Source of the DNA: a virus
Lineage: Duplodnaviria > Caudoviricetes
Length of the DNA: 63,641 bases
Reading direction: 5' to 3' (one strand)
IMG/VR virus record: IMGVR_UViG_3300032311_000461
Span: 1-63,641 of that record
The notes below the pieces were generated by a model, which saw nothing but the letters and a program-made list of their open reading frames with translations, was not told the origin of the DNA and ran no database searches. This document shows, in pieces, positions 28,548 through 35,057 of this stretch (positions are counted from its first letter, which is position 1; the number at the start of each line of letters is the position of its first letter). Both the position numbers and the translations under genes were made by a program.

Positions 28548-28808
28548 ATGACGGCTACGCAAATTCGGGCGGCACTTCAGGCGGAACGCGACGAGCTTTG
28601 CACCACCTTTGGCTTCGCCAACCGATGGACGGCGATGATTTTCCAGTGGTGCCGCGATGCGGGGTTTGGGGATGACGGCAGTGACCGGGAACTGGGCGAC
28701 ATTGCCTATGACCTGCGGGCCTTCGTGGAGGGGGCGAAAAACGTGCCCGCCTACCGGCTCGACAACGTGGACTTCGTGCAGATCGCACTCTGCTTGCAGA
28801 TCGACTAA
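28548..28808 (+). CDS. Early hypothetical protein
   Basis: 86 aa after the CACACACAAGGGG leader. Confidence 0.75.
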   Translation: MTATQIRAALQAERDELCTTFGFANRWTAMIFQWCRDAGFGDDGSDRELGDIAYDLRAFVEGAKNVPAYRLDNVDFVQIALCLQID

Positions 28809-28860
28809 GGCCGAAACCGGGGAAACCCGGTCGCACCGTAACGCGGTGCCTGACGAGGCC
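28809..28860 (+). ncRNA. Hammerhead ribozyme (type II) 1
   Basis: GGCC-GAAA-CCGGG(GAAA)CCCGG-TC^-GCACCG(TAACG)CGGTGC-CTGACGA-GGCC; full catalytic core, cleavage after C28832. Confidence 0.92.
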
Positions 28861-28897
28861 ATTCGTCCCCCTGATTGGTCGATGGGGTCACTCGACT

Positions 28898-28938
28898 GCC
28901 TCCCGGTGGACGTTCCATCGGGGGGCTTTTCTTTTCTT
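28898..28938 (+). terminator. Intrinsic terminator
   Basis: GCCTCCCGGTGGA/TCCATCGGGGGGC stem plus TTTTCTTTTCTT. Confidence 0.75.
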
Positions 28939-28957
28939 CACGCGAAGGATCACACCC

Positions 28958-29227
28958 ATGTTGGTGCCTGACTATGACCGGATGATCGACGTTTTCCCGG
29001 GCGAAACCTATGAGGTTCTCATGCCCTATTCCGAAGTGTGTATGCACATGGGAATCGCGGGGACCGTTCGACGGATTCTGGTCCGCGAAGCGGGGCAGGG
29101 CGTTTACCTGCTGAACGATGACCTGACAACGGGCCCGCACATGACGAGCGGCGAGGCCGGGATTCTGGGTTGCTCACACAGCCATCCCTACACCTACGGG
29201 TTCAAGTACGAGCCCTCCCGTGCGTAA
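28958..29227 (+). CDS. Early hypothetical protein
   Basis: 89 aa, AAGGA SD. Confidence 0.7.
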   Translation: MLVPDYDRMIDVFPGETYEVLMPYSEVCMHMGIAGTVRRILVREAGQGVYLLNDDLTTGPHMTSGEAGILGCSHSHPYTYGFKYEPSRA

Positions 29228-29256
29228 TTCCCCGGAGGGGAATGTGACCCTCTGGT
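29227..29256 (+). repeat. Hairpin-box element 4 (ATTCCCC-GGA-GGGGAAT)
   Basis: Same geometry, box TGACCCTCTGGT. Confidence 0.9.
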
Positions 29257-29260
29257 TGGC

Positions 29261-29310
29261 AGCGGTTGGCTGACGGAAGCCTCTCCCCGGTTCGACTCCG
29301 GGGAACCGCT
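29261..29310 (+). ncRNA. Anticodon-less tRNA-like element 3
   Basis: AGCGGTT/AACCGCT, GGCT-GACGGA-AGCC, CCCCGG-TTCGACT-CCGGGG (T-stem inverted relative to element 2). Confidence 0.75.
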
Positions 29311-29346
29311 CTGTTTCGGGTTCGATCACACACAAGGGGCACCATC

Positions 29347-29676
29347 ATGGCATGGTCGATTTCGATTACAGCCGAAGGCTGGGCTGACATCCGCAAGGAA
29401 CTGGAAACGTGGGACCGGCAGCGGATTATCGACGCACTGGCTGACGATGCGTTTGAAGCTGCGGAGCAGGCCAACGGCGACGATGGCAAGGGCTACGAGG
29501 AAACCGTGTCGCCCGACGATGCGGCGGATGCCTGCCGTGCCAGTCTGGAATCGGCGGCGGATGACACGCTGGTTGACGCTGCGATGGACTGCATTGAGCG
29601 CAACAACACTTGCGACAACGGCGGCTTCCGGTACTGGATCGACCGGGAGGGGTATCACGGGGTAACGCTCGACTGA
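29347..29676 (+). CDS. Acidic early hypothetical protein
   Basis: MAWSISITAEGW, 109 aa. Confidence 0.75.
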   Translation: MAWSISITAEGWADIRKELETWDRQRIIDALADDAFEAAEQANGDDGKGYEETVSPDDAADACRASLESAADDTLVDAAMDCIERNNTCDNGGFRYWIDREGYHGVTLD

Positions 29677-29678
29677 CA

Positions 29679-29730
29679 AGCCGAAACCGGGGCAACCCGG
29701 TCTGCCAGTAACGCTGGCACTGACGAGGCT
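29679..29730 (+). ncRNA. Hammerhead ribozyme (type II) 2
   Basis: AGCC-GAAA-CCGGG(GCAA)CCCGG-TC^-TGCCAG(TAACG)CTGGCA-CTGACGA-GGCT; stems covary with copy 1. Confidence 0.92.
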
Positions 29731-29755
29731 ACACACTCACAACGGGAGCCATTCA

Positions 29756-30097
29756 ATGGCCGAAAAACTGACGATTGGTGGCGTGGAAATCACGGTGGTG
29801 GCAGGCGACTGCGACCGGGAAGGCCGGACGGTTTTCACCTACACCCTGAAGGGTGCCGGGATCGACCACGAAGCCAGCGACCTGAAATCCGGCTGCGGTA
29901 GCAGGGGCCGGAAGGACCGTGACGGGATGGAATCCCTCCTGTCCTTCCTTGGTGCGGCGGCGGAAGCCTACGGATACCACCTTCGGATGGGCGGCGGGAG
30001 TGACAACGGCGACCTTTTCCCCCCGGAGGTCATGGAATGGGCCTATCAACACGACAACGAAATCAGCATGGCTGCCGACGAGTACGCATATGCGTAA
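29756..30097 (+). CDS. Early hypothetical protein
   Basis: 113 aa, GGGAG SD. Confidence 0.75.
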   Translation: MAEKLTIGGVEITVVAGDCDREGRTVFTYTLKGAGIDHEASDLKSGCGSRGRKDRDGMESLLSFLGAAAEAYGYHLRMGGGSDNGDLFPPEVMEWAYQHDNEISMAADEYAYA

Positions 30098-30125
30098 CCA
30101 ACGGAGTTGGTTCTGGCCCTCTGGT
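30096..30125 (+). repeat. Hairpin-box element 5 (AACCAAC-GGA-GTTGGTT)
   Basis: Same geometry. Confidence 0.9.
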
Positions 30126-30129
30126 ATTC

Positions 30130-30178
30130 GACGGTTGTGGTTCGGCCACCGTCCGGGGTTCGATGCCCCGGAACCGTC
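30130..30178 (+). ncRNA. Anticodon-less tRNA-like element 4
   Basis: GACGGTT/AACCGTC, GTGG-TTCGG-CCAC, CCGGGG-TTCGATG-CCCCGG. Confidence 0.75.
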
Positions 30179-30211
30179 CTGTGTTCGATTGCCCACACTT
30201 GGAGAGCGACC

Positions 30212-30526
30212 ATGACGAAACAGGAAGAGATTGACCTTCTCAAGACCTTTGTGGGCAACCTGCCCGAAGGGTATCTCAAGGATGCACTGGCACCGTTTGT
30301 GCCTGACTTTGAGTGTGGCATTCGTAGCGACATCGTGCCCTCAGTGTGGGATTCCTACCACGCTCGGGTCAAAGCTGACGAAGACCGGGATCGGTCAGAG
30401 CGGCTGGCCCGGATTGCAAAGTCTCAGGCCGACAAGGAAGAGCAACGTCTGCTTGCCGCACAGCGGGCGGTGGACGGCTATGCGGCTTCAATCAAGCAAA
30501 CGCTGCGGAGCTTGACCGGGAACTGA
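30212..30526 (+). CDS. Early hypothetical coiled-coil protein
   Basis: MTKQEEIDLL, GGAG SD. Confidence 0.75.
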   Translation: MTKQEEIDLLKTFVGNLPEGYLKDALAPFVPDFECGIRSDIVPSVWDSYHARVKADEDRDRSERLARIAKSQADKEEQRLLAAQRAVDGYAASIKQTLRSLTGN

Positions 30527-30602
30527 CGGTATCCAACCACCCTCTCCCTTCGGGGAGGGGGAAATTGGGGATCGTTGGTTACACACACAAGAGGGTTCGA
30601 CC

Positions 30603-30995
30603 ATGAAATTCGACCGGAAATTCGACAAGTTTGTCGGCGTTGGGGACACGATCAAGGCAGACATCACCGACAAGATGCAACTCGTTGCCACTCTCGTCTA
30701 TGACGATCAGTGCCAGCCCACAGACTTCGACTGCTACGAGGAAGCCGACATTGAGCGGTGGAAGAATGACGAGTGGATTTTCGTGGGGATCGTGTTGTCC
30801 ATTCAATCGCACGACGGCACGATCCACACACGCCTTGATTCCCTTTGGGGAAACGAGGCCAACCTCGGTGACAACAACGATCACCTGACCGACGTTGCCA
30901 ACGAGTTGATTGACGAGCGGGACATCGTTGACGCACTGCGGAAGATTTACGAACCCGTAACCCGGGCGATTGAGACTCTCACACGCACAGCCTAA
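30603..30995 (+). CDS. Acidic early hypothetical protein
   Basis: 130 aa, WKNDEWIFVGI...SLWG motif. Confidence 0.8.
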   Translation: MKFDRKFDKFVGVGDTIKADITDKMQLVATLVYDDQCQPTDFDCYEEADIERWKNDEWIFVGIVLSIQSHDGTIHTRLDSLWGNEANLGDNNDHLTDVANELIDERDIVDALRKIYEPVTRAIETLTRTA

Positions 30996-31019
30996 CAGAG
31001 TTAGGCATGACCCTCTGGT
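30990..31019 (+). repeat. Hairpin-box element 6 (GCCTAAC-AGA-GTTAGGC)
   Basis: Same geometry, AGA loop, overlaps the upstream stop codon. Confidence 0.9.
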
Positions 31020-31038
31020 TGGTATCGGTTGGATGACG

Positions 31039-31070
31039 GCCCCGGCAATTTCGCCGGGGCTTTTCTTTTT
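31039..31070 (+). terminator. Intrinsic terminator
   Basis: GCCCCGGC/GCCGGGGC plus TTTTCTTTTT. Confidence 0.8.
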
Positions 31071-31092
31071 CACACACAAGGGGACCGCAACG

Positions 31093-31467
31093 ATGGCAAA
31101 CGACAACTACACCGAGAACATGGCCGACATTTTCCAGTGCCCCCGGGAAAGGCGGATGGTGCTGGAAATCCTGAAGGCATGGGAGTCCGGCGGGCTGCCG
31201 AAGGACTTCGATGACAGGGGCGTGAAGCTGGCGTTCAACCGCAGTAGCGGCAACGTCTTCCTCGTCAACGAGGAATATCAGGTGGCAATGGTGGAGGGGC
31301 TCTGTCTGGAGTCCTTCTACTCCAGCCCATACGAGGGCAAGGAGGGGTTCTTCACCGACCTCCTGAGCGAGTACCCGTCGATGCACCGCGAGGATCAGGA
31401 GTGGTTCCGCGACATCGCAGAGGCGACCGGCAAGCAGGACTTGCTGCCCGCCTTGGACGACGAGTGA
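31093..31467 (+). CDS. Early hypothetical protein
   Basis: FNRSSGNVFLVNEEYQVAM...SPYEGKEGF, 124 aa. Confidence 0.8.
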   Translation: MANDNYTENMADIFQCPRERRMVLEILKAWESGGLPKDFDDRGVKLAFNRSSGNVFLVNEEYQVAMVEGLCLESFYSSPYEGKEGFFTDLLSEYPSMHREDQEWFRDIAEATGKQDLLPALDDE

Positions 31468-31469
31468 CA

Positions 31470-31566
31470 GGGCGAAACCGGGGCGGGCTGGGTAGGGGCA
31501 TTGCGTCCCCACTAAATCCGGCAAGCCTGCCCCGGTCTGTGGGTACTTTCCCACACTGACGAGCCC
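31470..31566 (+). ncRNA. Hammerhead ribozyme (type II) 3 with extended stem III
   Basis: GGGC-GAAA-CCGGGGCGGGCT...AGCCTGCCCCGG-TC^-TGTGGG(TACTTT)CCCACA-CTGACGA-GCCC; cleavage after C31537. Confidence 0.88.
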
Positions 31567-31581
31567 ATTACGAGGTGCAGC

Positions 31582-32043
31582 ATGAAGCGGTATCAGGTGC
31601 GGTTCCACCTTGCCAAAGGTGAAAACCACGGGAAGTGGCAGGTCAAGAGCATGGCCGGGGTGCGGTACTACGATCCCGCTGCCGTGAGCCTGACCCTGTT
31701 GGATTGCCAACTGCGGAACCAACCCGCGACGGCAAAGAAGGTCTATGACGGTGCGAACAAGTCGGTGTGTGCGTGGATCGACTGCAACGAGGTGCTGACG
31801 GCAGCACCGCACACCCCGGCGGGACTGCCGGTGTCCTACGATCCCCGGGTTGCACCGCATTGGCGGAACCTGACGGGCGGGAACATCGACGGCATGAGCC
31901 TGTCTGTCCTGCGGACGGTGAGCAAGAGCGTGTTCTTTACGGGAGAGCGGACGATCACAGTCGGCGGTCTGGTGCAGCTTGCACCACCGGCTGATGAGCG
32001 GGAGGAAGAACTGCGGATGACCCGCATGAGGAGGGAGCGATGA
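31582..32043 (+). CDS. Early hypothetical protein
   Basis: VRFHLAKGENHGKWQVK...KSVCAWIDC, GAGG SD. Confidence 0.8.
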   Translation: MKRYQVRFHLAKGENHGKWQVKSMAGVRYYDPAAVSLTLLDCQLRNQPATAKKVYDGANKSVCAWIDCNEVLTAAPHTPAGLPVSYDPRVAPHWRNLTGGNIDGMSLSVLRTVSKSVFFTGERTITVGGLVQLAPPADEREEELRMTRMRRER

Positions 32044-32261
32044 GCCACACAACGACGATGATGGACCTGACCCGGGGTGAGCTTTCCATCCTTGCTACCG
32101 CTCTTGAGAGAGAGTGGCAGCGGACTGGCAAGCTGTGGACCGATGGTAACCGGGACGGTTGGTATGACGAGAAGGCGAAGGAGCGGGTGGCCGTCCACCT
32201 GCATGAGACTGAGCGGCTTTTCAACAAGGTAAACACACGCATCAAGGAGCTTGACGCATGA
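32040..32261 (+). CDS. Early hypothetical protein
   Basis: 73 aa, ATGA coupling. Confidence 0.7.
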   Translation: MSHTTTMMDLTRGELSILATALEREWQRTGKLWTDGNRDGWYDEKAKERVAVHLHETERLFNKVNTRIKELDA

Positions 32262-32279
32262 ACTGGTAACGCACACACG

Positions 32280-32309
32280 GCTCAACAGAGTTGAGCATGA
32301 CCCTCTGGT
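32280..32309 (+). repeat. Hairpin-box element 7 (GCTCAAC-AGA-GTTGAGC)
   Basis: Same geometry. Confidence 0.9.
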
Positions 32310-32318
32310 TGGTATCTG

Positions 32319-32351
32319 ACCCCCGGCAATTTCGCTGGGGGTTTTTCTTTT
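32319..32351 (+). terminator. Intrinsic terminator
   Basis: ACCCCCGGC/GCTGGGGGT plus T-run; same AATTTC loop as 31039. Confidence 0.8.
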
Positions 32352-32367
32352 AACAAGGGGATGAGCG

Positions 32368-32781
32368 ATGGCAACGTCAGACATTATTGCGGCAATGGCA
32401 GCGGGCACCACGGCGACGGCAACCAAGCGGGTTGGACGGGGCAAGGCGGCGGTGGAGGTGACCATCACCCGGACTGCCCCGGAGGTGGTGGTGGTGGACG
32501 AGACAGTGAAGGAGGAGCCGGTCAGCTACAGCAACAAGCTGCCGGTGGACGAGGGCAAGCGGGCGGTGGATGTGCTGCCGGGGCTGCGACTGTGGGCCTA
32601 CTCCCGGGGCTATCGAGTCTTGGAGCAGACCGGAAAGACCTACACCGGCAGCAAGGCAAAGCTGCGGCGGGTTCTGTACCGGGATGACCTGATCCACCTC
32701 GCCAACATCCTGTTGGAAGAAGCGGAGAACACGCTGACCTATGACGAGGCTCACGGCAATGCGGATGCCGTGCCCTTCTAG
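32368..32781 (+). CDS. Early hypothetical protein
   Basis: 137 aa, ends DAVPF. Confidence 0.7.
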   Translation: MATSDIIAAMAAGTTATATKRVGRGKAAVEVTITRTAPEVVVVDETVKEEPVSYSNKLPVDEGKRAVDVLPGLRLWAYSRGYRVLEQTGKTYTGSKAKLRRVLYRDDLIHLANILLEEAENTLTYDEAHGNADAVPF

Positions 32782-32863
32782 TCCTGCGGCCCACTGCCAA
32801 CTCCCGTGACTGAGACACGGGAGCCAGTTGTGGATCGGGGTTCGATGACACAGGAGACACACG

Positions 32864-33466
32864 ATGACACAGGCAACGAGCATTCTGGGCGACACGATCA
32901 TGGCACAGGCGAAGGCTTTCAAGGAGGCCCGGTCGCAGTTCGATGAGCAGTTCATGGACTGGTCCCGGGGCATCCCGCCTCTGGCACCGGAACACTTCTG
33001 GCCGATGGTCGATGAGTTCCGCGAGGTGCTGATCTACACCATGCAGCACAGGAAGGAAGGCTATGTGGAGGCAGCGGCAGACGAGTTCATGCGGCGGACT
33101 GTGGTAAACAGCGGCGACCTTGCTGCGGCTGTTCACTTCGCCCTGTCGTGGACCCACTACAAGGGCAAGGCGTATGCGGCTGGCGACAAGATGGGATTCT
33201 CGTTCGACCGGGGTGATGACAGCTACGGTGACTTGATGGATGCCGTGCCGCTGCTGGGCCAGAGCTTCAACGAAAGGATGGAGCTTGGCAAGTTCGACAC
33301 GCTGCGTGAGTTCAACGAGCAGGTCGATGCCACCTGCAATGTGGCAGGCCGGTGCCTGAGGAATGAGGTGCTGTTCGGGGAGAACTACTTCTCCATGTGC
33401 CTGCAAGATGCGGCACAGAAGTGGTTGGTGATTGAGTCTCGCAACTACGGAAAGGGAGGTGAGTGA
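32864..33466 (+). CDS. Hypothetical protein
   Basis: 200 aa, CAGGAG SD, GDDSYGDL motif. Confidence 0.8.
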   Translation: MTQATSILGDTIMAQAKAFKEARSQFDEQFMDWSRGIPPLAPEHFWPMVDEFREVLIYTMQHRKEGYVEAAADEFMRRTVVNSGDLAAAVHFALSWTHYKGKAYAAGDKMGFSFDRGDDSYGDLMDAVPLLGQSFNERMELGKFDTLREFNEQVDATCNVAGRCLRNEVLFGENYFSMCLQDAAQKWLVIESRNYGKGGE

Positions 33467-33789
33467 TGAACCGGCAAGAGATGTTGCGAAAGCAGGGAAC
33501 GACGCGGCTGTGGCGGGAGCGGGTTCCCTTTATGAAAGAGGAGCGTTGCTCCAAGGTCCGGGTGCTGGGCATCGCACCCTTCACCATCGACAGGGTGGAA
33601 GGGACTTACCTTGTGGAGTTCAACGCTCACACGGGGAAGTCGCTGACCTACGGTGAGATGTACCGGGTGCCGGTGGTTGCGTTCGACCTGCGTTACCCGG
33701 ATGGCAAGGTGGTGCGTTACCAATCCCTGCGGCAAGCACGGGCGGCGGCTGCCCTGATGGCAGCGGAACGAAGAAAGGTGGTGAAGTGA
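33463..33789 (+). CDS. Hypothetical protein
   Basis: Coupled ORF, GGAGG SD. Confidence 0.7.
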   Translation: MMNRQEMLRKQGTTRLWRERVPFMKEERCSKVRVLGIAPFTIDRVEGTYLVEFNAHTGKSLTYGEMYRVPVVAFDLRYPDGKVVRYQSLRQARAAAALMAAERRKVVK

Positions 33790-33974
33790 TGAAGCGGACG
33801 CTTGAGTTGGCGCAGGTCGGGGCACTGAATGGTGTCGGTGTCGGATACCGGGTGGTCAAGCTGACCAATACGGTGGAGCCCTGCATCGGGGAGTATCTCA
33901 GCACCAGTGAGGTGAAGGATTTCATTCGCCGTCCGGGTTGGACGGTGGTCATCAAGAAAGGGAACGGTGAGTGA
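33786..33974 (+). CDS. Hypothetical protein
   Basis: Coupled 62-aa ORF. Confidence 0.65.
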   Translation: MMKRTLELAQVGALNGVGVGYRVVKLTNTVEPCIGEYLSTSEVKDFIRRPGWTVVIKKGNGE

Positions 33975-34252
33975 TGGCAACGATTCGACTGCAATCCCTG
34001 AAGGGGGAGAAGCGAGAAGGGTTCACGCCGATGGGTGTTCACACCCCCGGCCTGATCGGCTGGGCAGTAGCTGGGTTCACGGGCAATGGGAATGATCCCA
34101 TTGTGCGGATCATCGCGGAGTCCTTCAGCCTCAAGCGGGAGGTGGCACTGGCCATCCTGACCGGCGAGGTGGACTACCGGGTGGACGGGGACGATGTGGT
34201 GTTCGACTGGCCGGGGGATGACCCCATTGTCAAGGAGGTGAGCGGTGGATGA
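33971..34252 (+). CDS. Hypothetical protein
   Basis: Coupled 93-aa ORF. Confidence 0.7.
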   Translation: MMATIRLQSLKGEKREGFTPMGVHTPGLIGWAVAGFTGNGNDPIVRIIAESFSLKREVALAILTGEVDYRVDGDDVVFDWPGDDPIVKEVSGG

Positions 34253-34427
34253 GGACATCAAGGTGAATCTGGAGGGGCTAAAGTTCATGGCCCGTCTGGT
34301 GGATGCGGTGGTGCAACTGAGGCAGTACATCCACACCCATACCCCGGGAGGATGGGAAGGGTATGACTATGCCGATAAGGTCGATCAACTTTTAAGCGAA
34401 GCAGATGCCTTCGGGGAGGACGAGTGA
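34245..34427 (+). CDS. Hypothetical protein
   Basis: AAGGAGG SD, 60 aa. Confidence 0.65.
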   Translation: MDEDIKVNLEGLKFMARLVDAVVQLRQYIHTHTPGGWEGYDYADKVDQLLSEADAFGEDE

Positions 34428-34597
34428 TGGACTGTTCGATTTGTGGGAAGCCGATCCCCGCTGTTGGGGACTGGACTGAGGGTAACAGTGCGGAGCCCGT
34501 GAATGACGGGCGGTGCTGCGACCAATGCGACATGGCTGTGGTGATCCCGGCCCGCATTCAAGAGATGAAGCAACGCAGAAAGGTAGGTGGCAAGTGA
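34427..34597 (+). CDS. 56-aa zinc-finger protein (not in ORF track)
   Basis: MDCSICGKPI...GNSAEPVNDGRCCDQCDMAVVIPARI; GGAGG SD, TGATG coupling. Confidence 0.75.
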   Translation: MDCSICGKPIPAVGDWTEGNSAEPVNDGRCCDQCDMAVVIPARIQEMKQRRKVGGK

Positions 34598-34908
34598 GGA
34601 CAACGATGACTCTGGTGCTGGCCCTTGTGGCTGGCGTGGCACAAGCACAGTACCCCTACGTCCAGCCGGGATGGGGGTACTGGAACAAGGCGGAAGCCAT
34701 GCGACAGCAAGCGTGGCAGAACCAACAGTGGCAGCGGGATCAGTGGCAGCGTGAGCGTGACTACCTTTGGGGCGGCGACTCCATTGACTACGGGCAGCGG
34801 GCAGCCAACCTTCGCAAGACAAAGGAGGAAGCGAGGGGCCTGCGATTGCAGAACGACAGGATGGAAAGCCAAGGCAACCCATACCTGAACAATCCGTTTG
34901 AACGATAG
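34594..34908 (+). CDS. Secreted Gln/Trp-rich protein
   Basis: Signal peptide MTLVLALVAGVAQA|QYPY. Confidence 0.65.
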   Translation: MRTTMTLVLALVAGVAQAQYPYVQPGWGYWNKAEAMRQQAWQNQQWQRDQWQRERDYLWGGDSIDYGQRAANLRKTKEEARGLRLQNDRMESQGNPYLNNPFER

Positions 34909-34909
34909 C

Positions 34910-34939
34910 TTGACAGTATACGCATGTATACTTTAGGAT
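34910..34939 (+). promoter_or_regulatory. Sigma70-like promoter with palindromic operator in the spacer
   Basis: TTGACA-N18-TAGGAT; AGTATAC-GCAT-GTATACT perfect inverted repeat at 34915..34932. Confidence 0.7.
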
Positions 34940-34949
34940 AGCGGGCACA

Positions 34950-34979
34950 AGGTAACGGAGTTACCTCTGGCCCTCTGGT
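34950..34979 (+). repeat. Hairpin-box element 8 (AGGTAAC-GGA-GTTACCT)
   Basis: Same geometry, a few nt after the predicted +1. Confidence 0.9.
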
Positions 34980-35002
34980 TAGTAGCAGCAACAACGGACT
35001 TG

Positions 35003-35039
35003 ACCCGGCAGCCACTTTGGCTGACCGGGTTTTCTTTTT
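35003..35039 (+). terminator. Intrinsic terminator
   Basis: ACCCGG-CAGCC/GGCTG-A-CCGGGT plus TTTCTTTTT. Confidence 0.8.
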
Positions 35040-35057
35040 CCCATAAGGAGATTCGCA

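Noticed and set aside
28427-32296. Integron attC sites (ACTCAAC/GTTGAGT, GCCTAAC/GTTAGGC and GCTCAAC/GTTGAGC fit RYYYAAC/GTTRRRY)
   Set aside because: The halves are only 3 nt apart with no L boxes or extrahelical bases, three copies lack AAC/GTT altogether, and the integrase shows no IntI-type insertion
32808-32820. 16S rRNA-like GACTGAGACACGG
   Set aside because: Only ~13 nt, with no further rRNA similarity; a generic T-loop hairpin
27582-34979. CRISPR array interpretation of the repeats
   Set aside because: Repeats are separated by whole genes at irregular distances, the stems vary in sequence, and there are no cas genes
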